From positions 1,266,734-1,330,733 of the forward strand of contig CBDFNN010000004.1 of assembly GCA_965250215.1 (NCBI GenBank): a DNA stretch of 64,000 bases, read 5' to 3'. Within the stretch, counting starts at the first letter, position 1. Each line of letters starts with the position of its first letter. The stretch comes from Rhodothermales bacterium (GTDB taxonomy: Bacteria > Bacteroidota > Rhodothermia > Rhodothermales > DATKEJ01). The notes below the pieces were generated by a model. The model was not told where the DNA came from. It saw only the letters and a program-made list of their open reading frames with translations, and made no database searches. Shown piece after piece: positions 17,273 through 27,207 of this stretch. The position numbers and the translations under genes are program-made.

Positions 17273-17585
17273 ACAAAAATATAGCGAAGCGACCTGACTT
17301 ATTGCAAAGCAAATTCGGGGTAGTTGCCTACAAAATCGCGCTCTCGCTGACTTTGAAGCCAATTTGACCATGAGCACCTCTGGACCCGACCTGCAAGCCA
17401 TTGTCAAGTCTCATCCGAGGCTAGTTATTATTAAGCACAAGTTTCTAATAATCGAAGATATTGAAAACGCCATTTCCTTTGTGAATTATGTCGTCAGACA
17501 AATACTTTGGGCGATAAAGCGGCGTCAAACTAATAACTACTCCATATTGACCTCTTATTCTTTTAAACACACATTGAGGAGACGG

Positions 17586-19232
17586 ATGAGGACGATAAGC
17601 TTTACAATCGCACTTTTTACCCTCATTTTATTTGAGTCATCTGGACCGAAATTCGACGGCCTGGAGACCGAAGATTTTTCTGTCTCTGAAAATTTAGACG
17701 AAAGATTTCGCAAGTACGAGCTCATAACCAACAAGGCCGAGAGACAAACCGTTATGGCTGGCTTCATTCTTGACCGGCCCACCGCCGAGCTCGTCGTTCT
17801 AGAAGTTGAGGAAGTTGGTTCGACCTCGGCACGAATATATTCCCTCGAAAATGGCGAATGGGGAATTGCAAACAAGTTGACCTTAGGGGCACCAGTTTTT
17901 GTCGACCTCGTCAATATCGATGGCCAAGATCGTCTTCTCAGCTACGAATCTGGATCGCTTCTGTGGTTTGATATCGTTTCGGGTTCAATGAATGAAATCG
18001 CTCGGCTCAGTTCCAGTTTTCTGCCACCTCGAAAAGATGAAATCCCACATCTTGATATCAGTCGAGACATCAATGCCGACGGATTCGATGACTTGCTTAT
18101 ACCGGACTTCGATGGATTCTGGGTTCTTGTTCAAAAGACGAATGGTGAATTTGCAGACCCAGTCAAAGTCGGCAATGAAAGCGATTTAACACGCATCACC
18201 GGAGCAGACGGATATCGATATGACTCTTGGAGTCAGAGCCGCGTCCATGAATTCGATTACAATAAGGACGGAAGAGTCGACCTAGTATATTGGAAGGAAG
18301 ATCATTTCGCGGTCCATCTCCAAAATGAACAGGGATTGTTTGACCAGGTCTCTACGACCTTCACTACGCAGCTTCCTTTCGATTCCGACAACCTCAATTG
18401 GCTAGACTCACACGAAATGAAGGGTCGGATACTGGATTCAATTGCGGATATGAACGATGATGGAATCGCTGATATGGTCCTCTACACACTTGAGGGCGAA
18501 ACTGAATCTGGAAAGCGATCAGCATATCGCGTTTACTTTGCTAGCATCGAAAATGGAGTCACCGTTTTCGCGAGTGAGGAGGGCGATGTCTTTGAGACCA
18601 GTGATCATATTCAACTTTCCATGGATCGGCTCGATTTTGAAGGCGATGGAGATATCGATCTAATCTTGACAACAATGCATGTCAAGTATCTTTCAGCTAG
18701 TCTATGGAAGAAATTGAAAGGATCGATGGGAGACGATATTTGGCTTGAGCTCGAGTTCTATGAAATGGAGGACGGTCGCTTTCCCGACCAGCCAAACTTT
18801 ACAAAGAAAGTTGCTCTTGACGGCCCTCCAAGTCACACTGAACCGTTGTGGATTCCTCTAGTGCAGGCTATTAATGGTGGGAAGCATAAGAACCGCAGCT
18901 CCAAGGATCTCTATCCTCGAGCATTCAACATGGTTGCCATGCTAGGTGATGTGACTGGAGATGATCACCTCGACTTACTCATTGAGTCAACCCACAGAGG
19001 GCTTGATCTTTCTTACGGTGGGTTGAGTGCTGAGATATTCACCCGGAAGTCAAAGGATATCTCAGTCTCCGTTCCAAGTGATGAGGAGTATGTGTGGATG
19101 TTCGATATGAACAAGGACGGCAAGCAAGATATTATTATGCATCATCCCTTCTCAGAACGAGATGTCCACGGAGGTCGCAAGCAAGGGTCTGGAGAGGAGC
19201 CACATCGCGTCGTCGTGTTAATGAGTCTTTGA
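17586..19232 (+). CDS. Secreted FG-GAP/VCBS-like repeat protein
   Basis: Recurrent Ca-binding-like motifs: DINADGFDDLLIPD, DYNKDGRVDLVYW, DMNDDGIADMVLY, DFEGDGDIDLILT, DVTGDDHLDLLIES, DMNKDGKQDIIMH. ATG 17586 gives the signal-like N-terminus MRTISFTIALFTLILF. The track start at 17364 overlaps the divergent gene. Confidence 0.7.
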   Translation: MRTISFTIALFTLILFESSGPKFDGLETEDFSVSENLDERFRKYELITNKAERQTVMAGFILDRPTAELVVLEVEEVGSTSARIYSLENGEWGIANKLTLGAPVFVDLVNIDGQDRLLSYESGSLLWFDIVSGSMNEIARLSSSFLPPRKDEIPHLDISRDINADGFDDLLIPDFDGFWVLVQKTNGEFADPVKVGNESDLTRITGADGYRYDSWSQSRVHEFDYNKDGRVDLVYWKEDHFAVHLQNEQGLFDQVSTTFTTQLPFDSDNLNWLDSHEMKGRILDSIADMNDDGIADMVLYTLEGETESGKRSAYRVYFASIENGVTVFASEEGDVFETSDHIQLSMDRLDFEGDGDIDLILTTMHVKYLSASLWKKLKGSMGDDIWLELEFYEMEDGRFPDQPNFTKKVALDGPPSHTEPLWIPLVQAINGGKHKNRSSKDLYPRAFNMVAMLGDVTGDDHLDLLIESTHRGLDLSYGGLSAEIFTRKSKDISVSVPSDEEYVWMFDMNKDGKQDIIMHHPFSERDVHGGRKQGSGEEPHRVVVLMSL

Positions 19233-19976
19233 TCATATGATTAGGCTATCCATTGCTCGTTGATATGGGCCAGGTCCTTTGCTGATTCTAGAGACACCTG
19301 CTTCTGCCAAGCTCTGGATACTAAGCTCATCGTTTCGGAGCATGATGTTGACTGGAAGATGGCATTCTTCGCAAATCGTTCTTATCGACTCCATATCCAG
19401 CAAAGAAGGGATAAATATTCCACTTGCTCCAGCAACTTCGAAGGCCGTCGCTCTATCCAAAACTTCAGAGATCGCTCGATTGGAATCGTTTGGATAGAGA
19501 TCTTTGATGTAGACGTCTGTTCGGGCGTTAATAAATAAGTCGATTCTCAGGTCATTGGCAGCGGACCTTGCCGCGATGATTCGTTCAGCCTGAGTATTGA
19601 TGTCATACAATCCGTCACCGGACAAGTGACCGTCTTCCAGATTGATTCCGACCGCACCGGCTTCGATCACCTTTTTTGTTGTGCGATAGACTTCAGAACC
19701 AGTCTTGCCATAGCCTGTCTCGACATCTAGAGATACTGGAATATCTACCGCATTTACAATTCTCTCTAGGTTTGCGACGACTAGTGGAAACGGTAGGTTT
19801 TCTCCGTCCCTGTATCCGTGAGATTCGGCAACGGAGTGGCTTCCCGTGGCCAAAGCTTGTGCACCATTAGCAGCGACTGCCTTGGCGCTTCCCGCGTCCC
19901 AAATATTAGTTAGAACGAGTGGTGAGTCACCATAGTGAAGTTGCTTGAATAGCTTTACGTTTTCCTTTTGTGTCAT
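19233..19976 (-). CDS. Isocitrate lyase / PEP mutase superfamily protein
   Basis: 247 aa. FKQLHYGDSPLVLTNIWDAGSAKAV and INLEDG are typical of the ICL/PEPM family. Confidence 0.8.
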   Translation of the reverse strand: MTQKENVKLFKQLHYGDSPLVLTNIWDAGSAKAVAANGAQALATGSHSVAESHGYRDGENLPFPLVVANLERIVNAVDIPVSLDVETGYGKTGSEVYRTTKKVIEAGAVGINLEDGHLSGDGLYDINTQAERIIAARSAANDLRIDLFINARTDVYIKDLYPNDSNRAISEVLDRATAFEVAGASGIFIPSLLDMESIRTICEECHLPVNIMLRNDELSIQSLAEAGVSRISKGPGPYQRAMDSLII

Positions 19977-21018
19977 TATTTTCCTTTTCGTGATCTAGTA
20001 GCCAAGATTTTCTCGATAATCCGCCCGCATAGCCACCCAGACCACCGTTTTTATTAATCACTCTGTGGCAGGGAATAATGATCGCAACTTGATTGGACGC
20101 ATTTGCGCTTGCCACAGCACGAATGGCTTTGGGCTTGCCGATAGCCTTGGCGATGTCAGCGTAGGATCGGGTTTCTCCTAAAGGTATATCGCGCAAGGCC
20201 TTCCAAACAGAAGCCTGGAAGTCCGTCCCCCAAGCAGCTATAGGAATGGAGAAGCTGTCTAGTGAGCCAGAGAAATAATCATCCAACTCTGTCCGCAGTT
20301 TCGAAATGATGACCGTTTCGCCTGGAACGATGGGGCGGCGGGTTTTGGCCCGGAGTCGAGTGTATTCTCGATTTAATTCTTTCCGATTCTCAAACTCCAG
20401 AAGAAATAGTTCTTTTTCGTCCGCAATGGCAATCATCGGACCTAGTGGAGTATCCAGCCAGGTCGCGTAGAGAAGGTTTTGTTCGGCCTTTGTTGGTGCG
20501 CTTCCCATTACATGAGTAAATGCGTCACGGAATCCACTACTAGAATCGTAGCCGAAATCGAGCTGAGACTTGATTACCGATTCGCCTTTCTTGATCTGTT
20601 CCATGGCAAGTCCCATTCGCCGAGCTCTCGCATATTGTACAAAGGTCATCCCAAATCGTTTTTTGAATTGGCGTCTTACGGTCGAGGTTTCGGTCGATAG
20701 TGATTTGAAGTCATCGTCTGTCCAGCGTTTGTCTGGATTTGCTTCAACCGCATTGACAAGCTTTCGAACTAGTGGGTTGACCTCGTTAGGAAGGGAGAGA
20801 GGTTGACATCGTTTACAAGGTCGAAATGAAGCTTGTAGTGCCGATTGCGGTGTTTTGAAAAACTCGCAGTTCTCGAACTTTGGTTTTCGGGCTGGGCAGG
20901 TTGGCCTGCAGAAGATGCCGGTCGTCTTGACACCTACGTAGAATACACCCTCGAATTCTGGGTCTTTGGAAATTAGAGCCTCGTAATAGGCCTTGATATT
21001 GCTCTGCTGATATATCAT
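19927..21018 (-). CDS. ada: Bifunctional Ada: Zn-finger methylphosphotriester acceptor + AraC HTH + O6-methylguanine-DNA methyltransferase
   Basis: 363 aa. N-Ada motif FCRPTCPARKPKFENCEFF, AraC-type HTH in the middle, and C-terminal MGMT active site IIPCHRVI. Confidence 0.9.
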   Translation of the reverse strand: MIYQQSNIKAYYEALISKDPEFEGVFYVGVKTTGIFCRPTCPARKPKFENCEFFKTPQSALQASFRPCKRCQPLSLPNEVNPLVRKLVNAVEANPDKRWTDDDFKSLSTETSTVRRQFKKRFGMTFVQYARARRMGLAMEQIKKGESVIKSQLDFGYDSSSGFRDAFTHVMGSAPTKAEQNLLYATWLDTPLGPMIAIADEKELFLLEFENRKELNREYTRLRAKTRRPIVPGETVIISKLRTELDDYFSGSLDSFSIPIAAWGTDFQASVWKALRDIPLGETRSYADIAKAIGKPKAIRAVASANASNQVAIIIPCHRVINKNGGLGGYAGGLSRKSWLLDHEKENNDTKGKRKAIQATSLW

Positions 21019-21439
21019 GGAGATCTCAGGTTGAATGCTTGTCAGACAAACTAACGACTAAGAAATAGTCGCGTAACCGGAAATCAGGCATCGATATTTT
21101 TAGTCACTGGCCGAATACGAATCGCATGAGATCAAGGCACTTGTTTTCCTGAAATAGAGGTTGAAATCCATTGCATTTATTCGTGAGAGATCGATAAGAA
21201 ATAGTAATGAGCTCTAGGCGACCCAGGGAGTCCTATCTGAAAACCTAGAAGACTGGTTCAATAGAAATACCGTATTCCCGTTGATTCAATTTGACTCGGG
21301 ATACTGCTATTGTTTAAAGACTAGTCTGATTCGGATCATCATCCCTATTCAGGGTAAGATTTTGGTGTGACCAATTGGAATAATGATTAGTTTTTTAGCG
21401 ACATCTGTTTCAATGGATTCACTTTTTCATCTGCTTCAT

Positions 21440-23857
21440 TTACAAAGCGGTCTTTTTCTGCCTCAACATAAATACACCTTCCGTAACCGACGACACGATA
21501 ATAGTCCCAGACTTGAAGAAGGGATAGTTACTCCAAGAGCCGGCAAAACCAGGATCGTTCGCGCTCCAAGGCACGGTATCAAAATAGCCGACCTCCACGG
21601 GATTGATCGGGTCGGCAATATCCAAAATGCGCAGCCCTCCGATGTAGTTGGATTGATACATGTAATTGCCTTTCACATACAAGTTGTGGTCCGAAACCTT
21701 CGTTGTACCGAAGTGCTCCTTGACCAATACAGGGTCATCAAGGTCTTCCATGTCGTAGATCATCGTCCTCGTTCCCTCCATCTCAGTTTGGAGTTCGTCT
21801 CCCTCATCGTCTAGGTAGAAGTATTTCTGGTCATCTGTCAGCCATCCCTGATGGGCATATCCTACAGAAGGGTAGTCAACGGCAGACAAAGTGACAGGTT
21901 TGCTCTTGTCAGACACGTCCACAACCAAGAGGAGACGCTCGTTTGAGTTGAAGCAGATCTCTTTGCCAACATGTTCGGTATCGGGACCGGTGTAGTTCAC
22001 ACATTGAGCATCGTGCGTGACACCGCGACCCGCACTTGGATGGGTCACATCGTGATAGCAGCCGGCGAATTTGGGCTCTAGAGGATTTCTGATATCGACC
22101 ATGTGCAGCGACCCGCCGCAAGTCTCTCCACCATCCGAGTTTCCGACAAGGTAGGCAAAGCCGGAATCCTCGTTGATCACAACATTGTGAGAGGAGTAAA
22201 TACCATCGTAGACTACATCAGCTTCAAAAGTAGCCGGGACTACTTTGAGGTCTCGCAATTTTTTCAGATCGAAAATCTGCATTCCATGTTTTCCGACATT
22301 GTCGGCCACAACGAAGGCGTAGTTTTGATAGGTCTTGACGTCTCGCCAGTGATTAGGGACGGATGTGTCTGTTGCAGGGAGATCTCCAAGATAGACGGGA
22401 TTGTTTGCATTGCTGACATCAATAAAGGAGGTACCGTCACTTCGTCCGACGATGGCTATTTCAGCGCCCGTCTCTGGATCGGTCCATCCCCAAACGTCAT
22501 TCATGATAACGCCTCGCTTGGCACCTACTTCCCTGTTAGGTAGGAAAGAAAGGATGTCGACATTAGAGCAATCAAATTCGCTTGCAGAGCCTTCCTCACA
22601 TTTGACCTCGTCGCCTGTAATGGACTCCAATCCGCGGCCTTCGTCACCAACATCTCCGACCTGTTTCCACGCGCCCGAGTACTCGTCTTGCATGAATACG
22701 TAAACTTTTCCTTCACCAAAGTCGGCCTTCATTGCTGCGACTATGGCCATGTCTTCGCCAGCAGCAACCTTTAGACCGATGCCCGTTCGAGAAGATGTCT
22801 TCTCGACTGTCAGTTTGCCGATGGCCACATATTCTTCCGTCGTTCGGTCTAGTTTGAAGGTGTGGACGGCCCCGATGTTTTTGTCGGCTCCTGGTGACCC
22901 AACCCATACTTGATTTCCCTTCAACAAAACACTCGATCCAAAGCCGGGTCGTGACAAATCCTCAGGTTGAATAATTTTGAAAGGCTCCCAAATATTCTGG
23001 TCGCTCAGATCCATCACGATCGCAGCTCCAGGATTGTTCGGACCACGATTGCCGGAATTGGCATCTAATCCAGGTGCCGAGATGATGACTCGGTCGCCAA
23101 CCCAATCCATTTCCAAGCCGAAATGAGAGCTCTTTTCTCCAAAGGGACTTTCGATTTGTTGTTTGTGTTCAGCGCTGGCATCGCTACCGCTGAAATAATG
23201 AACCGAACCAGTTCCTGTATCCGCTGCTCCCACTAGGAATCCCTTGGGGCCGGCTGTTACGCTGGATCCAAATCGACCTCCTTCTTCCAGTGCAATTGGA
23301 TTGAAAGGTCTTACCTGCCATGCGCCGTCTACTTTCTGAGCCACACCGGCTGCCCCTGTTCCCATGTAACCCGGCGCTCCGACCGCAATTTTGTCACCGT
23401 GAACGTCCAGTGCATAACCAAAGAAGGCCTCTTCGTTGCAACCTGGAATAACCAGTCGATCTGCTGATACCCAGCGCCCGCTGCTCGCTTTTGTATATAT
23501 ATAGATGGCTCCGCAATTGTTGTCGGTGTAGGGCGCAGAGATGGCAAGGACTTGATTGCTAGCAGCAATGGAGTAGCCAAATCCATCCGTAACCTTTAGC
23601 CCGTCTGGTGCGAGTTTTTGTCGCTCGACCCATTCGCCATCCTTGAGTTCGAATACAAAGACGCTTCCAGTTTGCGCAGGAGGTGCTTGAAACAGAGTCG
23701 AGATACCCGTCATCGAGGCGATTATGTGGTCACCATCGACGGCAATGTCGGATCCGAAGCCGGCCATCGAGCCGCTCGGAGATTGATATTGATCTGCCGT
23801 CTGGGCAAGAACAGTTAGAGGGAGAAGAAGGAGGAGGACTAGCGAGGTGATTTTCAT
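21440..23857 (-). CDS. Secreted protein with an N-terminal FG-GAP-like propeller and a C-terminal LVIVD-repeat (choice-of-anchor-B-like) region
   Basis: 805 aa with a signal peptide. About seven (F/H)FG...I..(S/G)AP blades. C-terminal LLVVDVSD and GLRILDIADP LVIVD-type repeats. Confidence 0.7.
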   Translation of the reverse strand: MKITSLVLLLLLPLTVLAQTADQYQSPSGSMAGFGSDIAVDGDHIIASMTGISTLFQAPPAQTGSVFVFELKDGEWVERQKLAPDGLKVTDGFGYSIAASNQVLAISAPYTDNNCGAIYIYTKASSGRWVSADRLVIPGCNEEAFFGYALDVHGDKIAVGAPGYMGTGAAGVAQKVDGAWQVRPFNPIALEEGGRFGSSVTAGPKGFLVGAADTGTGSVHYFSGSDASAEHKQQIESPFGEKSSHFGLEMDWVGDRVIISAPGLDANSGNRGPNNPGAAIVMDLSDQNIWEPFKIIQPEDLSRPGFGSSVLLKGNQVWVGSPGADKNIGAVHTFKLDRTTEEYVAIGKLTVEKTSSRTGIGLKVAAGEDMAIVAAMKADFGEGKVYVFMQDEYSGAWKQVGDVGDEGRGLESITGDEVKCEEGSASEFDCSNVDILSFLPNREVGAKRGVIMNDVWGWTDPETGAEIAIVGRSDGTSFIDVSNANNPVYLGDLPATDTSVPNHWRDVKTYQNYAFVVADNVGKHGMQIFDLKKLRDLKVVPATFEADVVYDGIYSSHNVVINEDSGFAYLVGNSDGGETCGGSLHMVDIRNPLEPKFAGCYHDVTHPSAGRGVTHDAQCVNYTGPDTEHVGKEICFNSNERLLLVVDVSDKSKPVTLSAVDYPSVGYAHQGWLTDDQKYFYLDDEGDELQTEMEGTRTMIYDMEDLDDPVLVKEHFGTTKVSDHNLYVKGNYMYQSNYIGGLRILDIADPINPVEVGYFDTVPWSANDPGFAGSWSNYPFFKSGTIIVSSVTEGVFMLRQKKTAL

Positions 23858-23988
23858 AGGTAAGGAGGTTTATGAATCAATAATAGCCCATTTAGGCCAG
23901 TATTTGAAACGATGGCCATTCTGTGTGGATTGGCGATGGTGGATCCCTCGGATCCTTCGCATCGCGGGATGACTAGATCGCGACTAAT

Positions 23989-24016
23989 GACCAAGGACCA
24001 CGGACCAAAGACCAAC
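23989..24016 (+). repeat. Degenerate heptamer array GACCAAG GACCACG GACCAAA GACCAAC
   Basis: Four in-phase GACCANN units, ending 71 nt upstream of ATG 24088. The A/C-rich strand is the sense strand of that gene. Confidence 0.8.
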
Positions 24017-24087
24017 AAGCATTTGTCCTTTTTCTCAAAGCTCTGTCGTGATTAGTGTGTAGGCTACTCACTTTACAACGATCGACC

Positions 24088-26091
24088 ATGATTTACGGAC
24101 CTAGGATTTCAATATGCCTGTTAGCTTTCTCATTCCTCTTTTCATTGCCCTGTAATGCAGATGATATTTTTGTTACGCATTTGACGGATGACTTAACTTT
24201 TTCTGACGGCACGTGCACACTGCGAGAGGCTATATTTTCTGCGAATACAGACGCTGTAAAGGATGCGTGCCCGGCTGGAAATGGAGACGACGTCATTTAT
24301 TTCACACAGTCGGGAAGAATCGAATTGATCGCTGGACTACCCCATATTTCAGCCAACCTCCATATCGTCGGTCCAGGTGCAGAATTGTTGACGATCGATG
24401 CAAATTCGTTTGACAGCGTTTTGTATATCTCCGTTTCGGGTGATGACGGAGACTACGCCATTTCCGGGCTAACCCTAACCGGAGGCAGAGCATTGACTGG
24501 AGGCGGAATTTTCTTTTTTCAATCAGGATCACTCTCGATCAAGGATAGCATAATAACAGGCAATGAAGCCGTATCAACCGGTTCCTTGGCTTTAGGAGGA
24601 GGAGTTCACATAAAACAAGGGGATATTGTCCTGGAGAGGGTTAGTATTTTTAGTAATTCCTCCGATAATAATGGTGGTGGCCTTTCTCTGAGCACGGCAT
24701 TTGCTGACGGGATCTCCCTGACTATTACAAATTCGACCATTCGAGACAACCACGCTGATCAAGATGGAGGTGGTATCTTTATCGCGGCTACTTCTGCTGA
24801 AACATACACGATCACATCAAGCACCATTAGTGGCAATACGGCCGCAATTGATGGTGGCGGAATTCATGCGGTAAGTGGGATACTTGATATTTCACATTGC
24901 ACCCTGACCAATAACTCGGCTGGTACCAGCATAATCTCGGGAAGTGGCGGAGGATTTCGACGGTTCAGTGGAACGACTTCATTTTACAACACGATTGTTG
25001 CGGGAAATTTTGATCTTGCACCAACTGACTCCGATTACCCTGACATTTACTTACTCTCTTCCAATTATTCTACCTTTGGACATAACTTTGTCGGAAACAA
25101 CGAAGGTCACGGGAATCTCTTCTTCCATCCCAGCGGAAATCCAAATGTCGACGGAGATTATATCGGAACAACTGCGAATCCTGCAGTGGCTGACTTGGAT
25201 GCGATAACAGACAATGGTGGTCCGACATTCACGCATCTTCCCTCGAATATTCCGAATAACAATTTGGTTGACCGGGGTGACTGTCTTGGTGAACCTTATG
25301 ATCAACGAGGTAGAGGTGGAAGTAATGATGGCCCAAGAATAGTTGACCTGACTCCTGCCAACTCGGGGGATGGTTGTGATATCGGAGCCGTAGAGGCAAA
25401 TGGAATCAGACAAAAAGTCGAGCTTGATCTCAAGGTCATCCTATCAGGACCATACACAAATGTACTCATGAGCACTGATCTAAACCAAGGAGGTCATCTG
25501 CCAACTGACCAACCCTATTCGATCGCGCCTTGGAATTACTCCGGAACAGAATCAATATCGACTCCTTCGGCGGACATGGTCGACTGGGTTTTGGTTCATT
25601 TAATGAAGGGCATTCCTGGCGATGTAAACCCCACAATTATCTCCACGAGGGCAGCCATTCTGCATGACAATGGCGAAATATTTGCGGTAGACGAAAACTC
25701 ACCCCTTTCCATGGGCCCACAATTGCCAGGGGCCTATTATGTTCTTATCGAGCATCGGAATCATCTCGGTGTAGTAAGCTCTATTCCGATACTTGCAAAC
25801 TGGGACGATGCAGTGAATTACGATTTTTCTGATTCACTCTCAAAGGCATACTCCGCCGGTGGGGCAGCAATGAACGATCTCGGAAGTGGATTTTTCGGAC
25901 TCTGGGGTGGAGATGGCGATGCCAACAAGATCACCTCGTCTTTTGATTTCCTCAATACCTGGCTACCTGTTAATGGAAGTCCCGCGGCATATCTCGCTGG
26001 AGATTTTGACATGAATGGATTGGTCACGGCCTTTGATTTCCTGCAAGTATGGTTACCTGCCAACGGGCAAGCCTCTCAGGTTCCAAATTGA
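24088..26091 (+). CDS. Secreted right-handed beta-helix repeat protein with a C-terminal dockerin-like tandem repeat
   Basis: Signal peptide from ATG 24088 (MIYGPRISICLLAFSFLFSLPCNA). DGTCTLREAIFSANTD motif. Many GGG(I/L) beta-helix turns. C-terminal GDGDANKITSSFDFLNTWLPVNG and GDFDMNGLVTAFDFLQVWLPANG. Confidence 0.7.
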   Translation: MIYGPRISICLLAFSFLFSLPCNADDIFVTHLTDDLTFSDGTCTLREAIFSANTDAVKDACPAGNGDDVIYFTQSGRIELIAGLPHISANLHIVGPGAELLTIDANSFDSVLYISVSGDDGDYAISGLTLTGGRALTGGGIFFFQSGSLSIKDSIITGNEAVSTGSLALGGGVHIKQGDIVLERVSIFSNSSDNNGGGLSLSTAFADGISLTITNSTIRDNHADQDGGGIFIAATSAETYTITSSTISGNTAAIDGGGIHAVSGILDISHCTLTNNSAGTSIISGSGGGFRRFSGTTSFYNTIVAGNFDLAPTDSDYPDIYLLSSNYSTFGHNFVGNNEGHGNLFFHPSGNPNVDGDYIGTTANPAVADLDAITDNGGPTFTHLPSNIPNNNLVDRGDCLGEPYDQRGRGGSNDGPRIVDLTPANSGDGCDIGAVEANGIRQKVELDLKVILSGPYTNVLMSTDLNQGGHLPTDQPYSIAPWNYSGTESISTPSADMVDWVLVHLMKGIPGDVNPTIISTRAAILHDNGEIFAVDENSPLSMGPQLPGAYYVLIEHRNHLGVVSSIPILANWDDAVNYDFSDSLSKAYSAGGAAMNDLGSGFFGLWGGDGDANKITSSFDFLNTWLPVNGSPAAYLAGDFDMNGLVTAFDFLQVWLPANGQASQVPN

Positions 26092-26195
26092 TCTGTCGTG
26101 ATACCTTGCTTTTCGCTCTGCGATCGCCACATGGCAGACTCCAAGACAATGGGATGATAGTGTGATAGAGAGCTAGGGACGATATTTTTCCCCTT

Positions 26196-26238
26196 GACGA
26201 CTGACGACTGACGACTGACGACTGACGACTGACGACTG
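26196..26238 (+). repeat. Perfect heptanucleotide tandem array (GACGACT)x6 plus one G
   Basis: Counted from 26196 to 26237. It abuts the stop codon (26239-26241) of the minus-strand gene and lies in the spacer between convergent genes. Confidence 0.98.
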
Positions 26239-27207
26239 CTACCTATAACCTGCCCCAGCGCCGACAAAGCCAAAACCTGCTCGATTAACTAGCGCATCCG
26301 CCGGCAACCATTCTATTGTCCGGATGAATCCGGCTCCGACGAAGCCAAAGCCATTTTCGACATTGCTTAACAGACCGGGCTCAACAAGAATATTAGGATC
26401 GAAAGAACCGCTTGGTGAGATCCAACCCTCGTTGCCAATATGTACATCGATTCGCATATTCCGAAGTTCTACAAGCGTTGCAGCAAATCCTTCACTTGCC
26501 AGAAAAGATAGTATCGCTCTGTAATCCTTACGCAATTCGATAGGGATTTCGAAACCAGTTGCGTTGGGTTCCTGGGTGTTTGTGTAATCAATTTCCACAG
26601 ATTCGGTCGTAGCATCGGCGGTAAACTCGTTCCATCCAAAAATAGTGTAGGTAACTGTTACTCTAGTGACTGAGGGGGGAGTACCAATGATGTCTATTGG
26701 TACAAAGATGTCTGTCACCTGGCCTTGATCTGCCTCTTGCACTGCAATTCGTAGGGAATCTGGAACCGTCACGAGAGCTCTAACACTTTCGCCATCTGAC
26801 CTCACGGCCTTCACCTCATAGCTGTGATTGTATTCTATGGGTGACGCCGACCAATAGACATGTCTAAAGTCACCATCGTCCAGTTGTACAACGGAGTCGC
26901 GCCAGACTTCCGTGACCCCGGATTCCATGTCTGTAACTTCAACTCGTGCGTCGATTTCTTCTGGCTGTAAGATGCGGATGGTGGGGTGAATCTCAAAAAG
27001 CCTAACTCCGTTTTTTTCGAGATCGGGATTGAATGCTCCCCACATGGTGAAGGGTCTATCGATGCCGAGATTTACTTGAACCGTATCATCACATCCAAGG
27101 GATAGAGTCGATAAAAGTGCAAGGCATAGGAAGGGACTCAGACGAATTGGGAAGCCGAATCTCCGTCCTGTTCTTCTTCTTCGATATGTCGACTCAGATC
27201 CTCTCAA
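26239..27207 (-). CDS. DUF4249-like lipoprotein partner of the TonB-dependent receptor
   Basis: 322 aa. Lipobox LSLGCDD. C-terminal SNVENGFGFVGAGF resembles the DUF4249 'NGxGxFG' signature. ATGA overlap with the receptor gene. Confidence 0.5.
   Translation of the reverse strand: MRGSESTYRRRRTGRRFGFPIRLSPFLCLALLSTLSLGCDDTVQVNLGIDRPFTMWGAFNPDLEKNGVRLFEIHPTIRILQPEEIDARVEVTDMESGVTEVWRDSVVQLDDGDFRHVYWSASPIEYNHSYEVKAVRSDGESVRALVTVPDSLRIAVQEADQGQVTDIFVPIDIIGTPPSVTRVTVTYTIFGWNEFTADATTESVEIDYTNTQEPNATGFEIPIELRKDYRAILSFLASEGFAATLVELRNMRIDVHIGNEGWISPSGSFDPNILVEPGLLSNVENGFGFVGAGFIRTIEWLPADALVNRAGFGFVGAGAGYR

Noticed and set aside
17273-17585. Long N-terminal extensions of the divergent ORFs (17407 on the minus strand, 17364 on the plus strand) that would overlap each other
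   Set aside because: Both extensions lack signal or domain features. Internal ATGs at 17272 and 17586 give canonical signal peptides and leave a normal divergent promoter spacer.
19927-19976. 50-nt overlap between the ada 3' end and the start of the ICL/PEP-mutase-family gene as a possible recoding or fusion site
   Set aside because: Both proteins look complete. Ada merely has a ~17-aa Lys-rich tail beyond the MGMT domain. A plain overlap of same-strand genes is sufficient explanation.
21019-21439. 420-nt gene-free spacer as a hiding place for a tRNA or ncRNA (likewise 62396..62722 and 48915..49217)
   Set aside because: By eye I found no tRNA-like T-loop (GGTTCGAAT-type) or acceptor pairing, no riboswitch-like conserved cores that I recognise, and no strong hairpins. 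A small RNA cannot be excluded without a covariance-model scan.
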